From Amoebidium appalachense (taxonomy: Eukaryota > Protista > Ichthyosporea), in the NCBI GenBank assembly GCA_963693365.1, contig CAVNZM010000016.1, positions 5,696,543-5,760,542 of the forward strand: a DNA stretch of 64,000 bases. The letters run 5' to 3'. A program made the position numbers and the translations under genes. The notes below the pieces were generated by a model. That model was not told where the DNA came from and did not search any database. It saw only the letters and a list, made by a program, of their open reading frames with translations. Below, one piece after another: positions 53,500 to 64,000 of this stretch (positions are counted from its first letter, which is position 1; every line of letters begins with the position of its first letter).

Positions 53500-55527
53500 C
53501 TTTTTGGGCCCTTCACCGGGTCCCAGATGCTTGCCTTCCTGCTTGGCAGAGAACACGGAACATCAGTCTTGTGGCACACGCAGACACACTCACGCACGGA
53601 CGCACACATGCATATGCACGCACGCACACACAAACATACACAAACACACACACACACACACACACGAACGCATACACACTTGCACAAACACAACAGACAC
53701 ACCGTGACAGGTATGATGACGTGACGTTATGCAATCTACAAAACACAAATCTATATGATTCCGGGTGCCAACCAGAAACATGCACGAACTGACGTATGAG
53801 TTGACGACCAGCGTTAGAAGATATGGGCACTGCCTCTTACAAAAAGAGCCTTAGACCTATGATCCCTGGTGCCAATCCTTCTTAAATTGCGTGTCATCGC
53901 CAGCTACAGATCTCTGTACACGGTGTGACGTCATGACCACGCACGGGGTGCTTTGGGGCTCAACCCACCTCATGATCCATCGCAACCCAGGTCCTCTTTA
54001 ACTCTGAAAAGTTAGTTGAACTATTACTGACGTTTGCAAATACAGTCAAAGGGGGGAGGGGTGTAAACCCCGATAGTTAAAAATTTACCCAAAGCGGTTG
54101 CTCCCCCACATGGATCCGAGCCTGTGTGATGCACTAAGACACGGGTAGGGTGCAGAGGTTAATTGCATTGGTTCCCTGCAATCAAACACATCCTATACTA
54201 TCAGTAGGGCTAAGAAACGCTAGAAGCTCTTTGCTATTCAGTATGAGTCATCATAAACAGCGACCATACTATGAAGTTTGCCTACGTATACACAGAGGTG
54301 CGCTGAAAAGGGCCGGGAGCTTCCGTACATACTCGGATTACGCAAAAACGGGTTTGCAAAGGTAACAAAGTGAGTCGACCGTTCGCTGTGCTGATTGGTT
54401 ACTTCCTCTTGAAGTTCTATACCCCAAGCCAAGTGTGGCTCACTAATCACACTAAAATACAGTTAGTCTCATATTCGAAGCACAGAGAGGTTTGCAGATC
54501 CTATGGATTAACAATAACAGCTATAATATGTATATAAATTTAAATTAATAAAAAAGCCGCAATTATATTCATCTATTGTTATTAAGTTCATTGTTTATAC
54601 AACGCAAAAGTTTATAGTATATGACTGTAACATATAAATGTTTGATTTAGTTAAGGTCAAAATGCAATTTCCATCGCTGCTGGTGCCACTTTTGTGCTGA
54701 ACTTCAAAGTTTAATCGAAAGCATGTTGATAGGTGTGAGTTTTTATGTCGCGTTTTACCTCTTTCCCTACGGGTGTTGGCTGGCAATGTGAACACTTTAG
54801 ACTTTTTGTTGAATTCTGTTGGTCGTTACATTGAGTATTTATATGATTTCCACACAGTGTTCAGGTATCTCAGTATGCACTTGTTACTGGATAACTCGCG
54901 AAGTTTTTATTGTCTTCTCAGTATGCCGTGCATACTTGCATATCTTTCCGTCGAATAAATCCAGTCAAAAGAAAAAAAAAATGCAATTCATATCCTAAAT
55001 CCCCCACTGCCAGTGCTCACCCACCGGCGGGCCCGCCGATACTACGGCGATGATCACTGATATCGATCGATGGCGCCGATCAGTCGCGAGTCGACGTCCG
55101 ACTCCGCGGCCAAACTTGACGAACTGCCGCACAGGGGGTTTCCGTGTACACCACAGAAGTTATTCACTTATCTGAGTACGAAAAGTATATAAACGTTCAA
55201 GTTTACCACCCTTACAATTATTATTACTACTGGAGCTGCACAGCATGATCACTGAGCTGATCACCAGCCGCTCGAGAATCATTTGTGTCATTCGATCGCG
55301 AAGTTCCGAAAATGGCGGGATCTGGCATTCTTATTCTAGGGGGACAAAAAACCTAACCAAATAAGGTCAATGCATATGCGCAGTCATGCTTACATATATA
55401 ATCAATATAATCACAAACTTTTTTCCCTCCCTTCCAGAAAAAGCGTTGCACCGTGCAGAATACAGCTGCATGAAACAGTGGAACAACCCGTAACCCACTC
55501 AACTTTAACATTTCTGAAACGAGAAGA

Positions 55528-55953
55528 ATGGCTGACCGAGTAAAGGGCCAGTGCCTCTGCGGCGGCATCAAGTTTGAAGTTGAGAAGCCCGCCATGTGCA
55601 CCCTGTACTGCCACTGTGGCCTGTGCCGTAGGATGGATGGCTGCCTGTACACCTACCTGACTCTCGGCAACGAGGACAAGGTTCATCTGACTGAGACCAG
55701 CACGCTAACCAAGTACCGCAACCCAAAGCCGGAGAAGGATGTCTTATTTTGCAGCAAGTGTGGCACCCATGTCGGCAACCACCTTTTCAACAAAAAAATT
55801 ATGGTTGTGAGTGCTGGCCTGTTGGAATCATGTGATGACCCAAGCTTCAAGCCTTCGAGTCACATCTTCTGCGAAGACAAGTTGTCGTGTTACCAGCTGC
55901 CGGACGACGGGCTTCCTAAATACTTGCAGTTCTTTGACTCCCCCACTGTTTAG
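55528..55953 (+). CDS. GFA / CENP-V family zinc-binding protein (141 aa), intronless
   Basis: GQCLCGGIKF, CHCGLCRR, FCSKCGT, PSSHIF..K...QLPDDGLPKY: full GFA-domain signature. Confidence 0.93.
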   Translation: MADRVKGQCLCGGIKFEVEKPAMCTLYCHCGLCRRMDGCLYTYLTLGNEDKVHLTETSTLTKYRNPKPEKDVLFCSKCGTHVGNHLFNKKIMVVSAGLLESCDDPSFKPSSHIFCEDKLSCYQLPDDGLPKYLQFFDSPTV

Positions 55954-56125
55954 GAGTTTGGCAAGTAGGCTAGCAATAGTCGAGCTTGGGGTAGGCCTCT
56001 TGTTGTATAGAGTTATAACAAAGCAAACATGCCATCACCACTATAAGTGGATTAAAGAAAGCCGAAGCCCTACCGGAGATCGGTAGCTGTCACAGTCCTT
56101 AGTTCTTACGGCCTCCTTCTCCACC

Positions 56126-56157
<32 letters not shown>

Positions 56158-56337
56158 AGTTTTTCTGTGTTCGCATCTGTTTGGTTGTGTCTAAATCGTC
56201 TTTGATTCAAGCTCCTCTCCGTCTTCTTCACAACTGCAGCCTCTCCCCTGCCTCCCCCGGTACCTACCTGGCTGCCTCCCTCCCAAAGGGGCAACTTCAA
56301 CCTCTTCAAGTGTTGCGTTTATCCTCCCTTCCGGCCT

Positions 56338-56370
<33 letters not shown>

Positions 56371-57665
56371 GACCCCGGGGCCCGTTTTGAAAGTTAGAAG
56401 AAAGTTTTTTCATAAGCCAGGCAAGCATTGTTTCAAAGGCAAACCATAGCTTCTACCTGCGAAGAAGGGAGGCTGTCGAGCCTAGTAGGGAAGAAGTAGA
56501 GTGAGGGTTGGGTGACAAGAACGTCAGCACTATATACAATAACTTTGAATGATGTAGAAAGAGGCGGAGTCCAAATTTGAGAAGACATGCTCATGGTGGG
56601 CATCATTGAAACTGGTTACTTCGTTCTCGAGGCACATCTGGCATAGAGGATCATCGGTGTATTCGAAATAGTTGCAGTTGTGTGATTCTTTTCCTACACG
56701 AGTCAGTGATGCGTGCGTACAGCTAGTAGTGTACATACAACATGCATGTGAAGGGTATTTTGCCAATGGCCTGAGGGCACTTTGGCCGGTCCTTAGCATG
56801 TGATGGTGTTTGGCCCTGTTTCTGACCAGGAGACCAGCCAAGCACAACGTGTTGGCAACTCATCTACAGCAATAACTACGAATACCTCCCCCCCATCCCC
56901 CCCCCCCCACCTTAAGCGGGTAGGTTACTCCCGTGAACTCAAACTGTATATGTAAAGTTGGGAATACGAGCACAGGAGGGCCAACCCTCCTGCCCAACCC
57001 CAGTACGTGCACACCGTGGCAATCACACGCACATTGAGATACATTCGGCCAGAACATTTACGTTTTAACCCGTGGGGTCGAAAAATCACATCTGCCAAAC
57101 CCCTGCAGTGACTCAGTAGCTAGACCACTACAAACCCGGAATCAACATGTACAGTGAGAAGCTACGCTCAGTTGACTCGAGCTCCAGCATTGGAACACGA
57201 CATTTCGTGGAGCAATCTTTGGCCTATGACTTATACCTAGGAGCTAGATTTTGAGTGCTGCTTGCCCTCATTACACATACAAACCTATCTCTTTGGTCTG
57301 TCATGATCAACATATGCTCAAGCAAGAAACCTTGCTACATCATGATATACCGCGGTGACTCAGCACTGCGGCAGGCTGAACTTTTTGATTTAAATGCGAG
57401 TTAGCGCCGTTTTGCATCCTTTCGATGGGCGTCTATGACTGGCCAAAATATTTAAAACTTGATTTTGACGAATCAAATAAGATATAATGCGGAACTCTAG
57501 AGGGTGGCAAACTTTTTGTTTAGCCGCTGCCGGTTTGCGGCCCACATGTCAAAAAAAACGGTCACGTCATCAGCTCAGAAGGTTTCTAGTCATAGAGCTT
57601 TTTCTACGTATGGATTTAGTTGTTCGGTTTCCTTAGTAAGCACTGAGTCAGCTCTTCGCACTTTC

Positions 57666-57729
57666 GTATATTTTGGGTGGAATTAGGCTGTGAAAGGGTA
57701 TATTTTGGGTGGAATTAGGCTGTGAAAGG
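57666..57729. repeat. Perfect 32-bp tandem duplication
   Basis: GTATATTTTGGGTGGAATTAGGCTGTGAAAGG x2. Confidence 0.95.
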
Positions 57730-58502
57730 GTTTCTGGATCGTCTTACTGTTGTTAAAAGCAAGCAGGTGAGTGTTGGGTGTAGTTTGCTTTTTCAACTTT
57801 ACGGGTTTCTTAAGGAGATTTTTTTCTTGAAGCCAACGCTTTTTCTTCTGTGATTCAAACTATATTGATCAATACCGGCCTGATAACGTTCTTCCCTGTT
57901 TATCATGTGTTTTATAAGGCGTTGAAGTCAAGCTTAAGGTTGTAGGTTAGGGCAAATAAATCTTGTGATTGTGCTCTTCCACTCTCAGACTGCTATTATA
58001 GCCAGATGGGCTATGTGTGTAGTTTCAGGAACTGGGTGGTGTCCGCTGTGTTTGAAAACTTCGGGGTGAAATTGAACGCAGATGTGTTTCTCCTCTTTCC
58101 TCAGACGGAATGTTGTGTACTGTTTCGTGGCTTTCGTTTTTGCTTCGCACTTTCTTCTGGGGTTTTGGTGCTTGCTTTATAATCTGAGCACTAACACTTT
58201 TTTCCCTCAACGCAGAATCTCGTTTGGCTACGTAGCCCTTGAGAGAAGCTCCCGATTATCAAGAGCCTGGCTGAGCACACATAGGAATTTCCTAAGAAGC
58301 ACGGTTAGCGCACGCACACTAGATTCTTTTCTGGAGTTGGGCCGGGTGTCTGGAACACCTGAGCCGACCTGCGCCTCTGGCGCCGGTGTAGAATGCAACG
58401 GGTTCATGAATAGTCGCTCGGTACATTTCTAGGTAAATTTTTTTTTTTTTGCCGTTTTCTTATCATAGTTAGCTCGCGGGTGGGAGACAGACAGTGTCAA
58501 AC

Positions 58503-63364
<4,862 letters not shown>

Positions 63365-63471
63365 GTACACTCCCCTCGTGCCCTGCTTATGATGCTAATC
63401 TTCGTGTGTTTGCAAAATGTGCATAATGTTGTCCGTCGTGAGTGTGTTCTTCGTACTCCTAAACACATTCT

Positions 63472-63512
<41 letters not shown>

Positions 63513-63805
63513 AAAAGCCAAAAACGCACACACACACACACACGATCACACACCCCAACTCAATTCCCATATGAATGCACACATACACACTATCGCACAC
63601 GCCCGGGCGCATGAGCCCTAGCACGCACACGCTTATGCGCACAAATACACACGCACACACACACACGACTTCTGACCATTGGTTTGCTTTGGGTATCTCT
63701 AGAGCAATTGGTTTAGTACCGTATGCTAACTCGTGTGTAAGGGGAAAAGTTTTCAAACCCGTTTTTCCTCAAACCCCCCCCCCCCCCCCCCAACCACCAC
63801 CACGA

Positions 63806-63893
<88 letters not shown>

Positions 63894-64000
63894 TTTTTGT
63901 GTTTGTTGTTGTTATCTGAATAGGCATGGAGCCTAGGCACCTGTACCTCTACATGCAACCTATCAATAAGAATTGATGGTTGCCTAGTGATGCTATCATG

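Overview
Eukaryotic, intron-rich genomic DNA saturated with poly(C)/poly(G), (CA)n/(TG)n and (CT)n/(GA)n tracts; nearly all entries in the ORF track are read-throughs of these repeats. Gene content (kaptin, a RasGRP-like GEF, a class C GPCR-like receptor, RBBP6) suggests a unicellular holozoan or related opisthokont protist (inference only). All family assignments are motif comparisons from memory, not database searches. Left to right: (1) an old ~6 kb-period tandem duplication carrying an intact intronless 7TM receptor-like gene (7807-9108, -) and its frameshifted, 5'-truncated copy (~2140-2995, -); (2) a nest of DNA-transposon-derived sequence (~11.3-21.7 kb) with MITEs, a spliced OTU protease-CXC-Myb-like-Zn ribbon gene whose decayed 5' part resembles the end of a DDE transposase, and convergent THAP and XPG/FEN1-type gene starts inside inverted arms; (3) a 12-exon KPTN gene (-) with a ~300 aa C-terminal extension; (4) foldback MITEs; (5) a RasGRP-like RasGEF (-) with four EF-hands and no C1 domain; (6) an intronless GFA/CENP-V family gene (+); (7) the 5' part of RBBP6/Mpe1 (+). 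Most striking unexplained patterns: an intron-resident ~110-217 bp repeat always in the same orientation relative to host transcription, poly(C) after donors with (CA)n before acceptors, and repeated copying of exon ends into the next intron.
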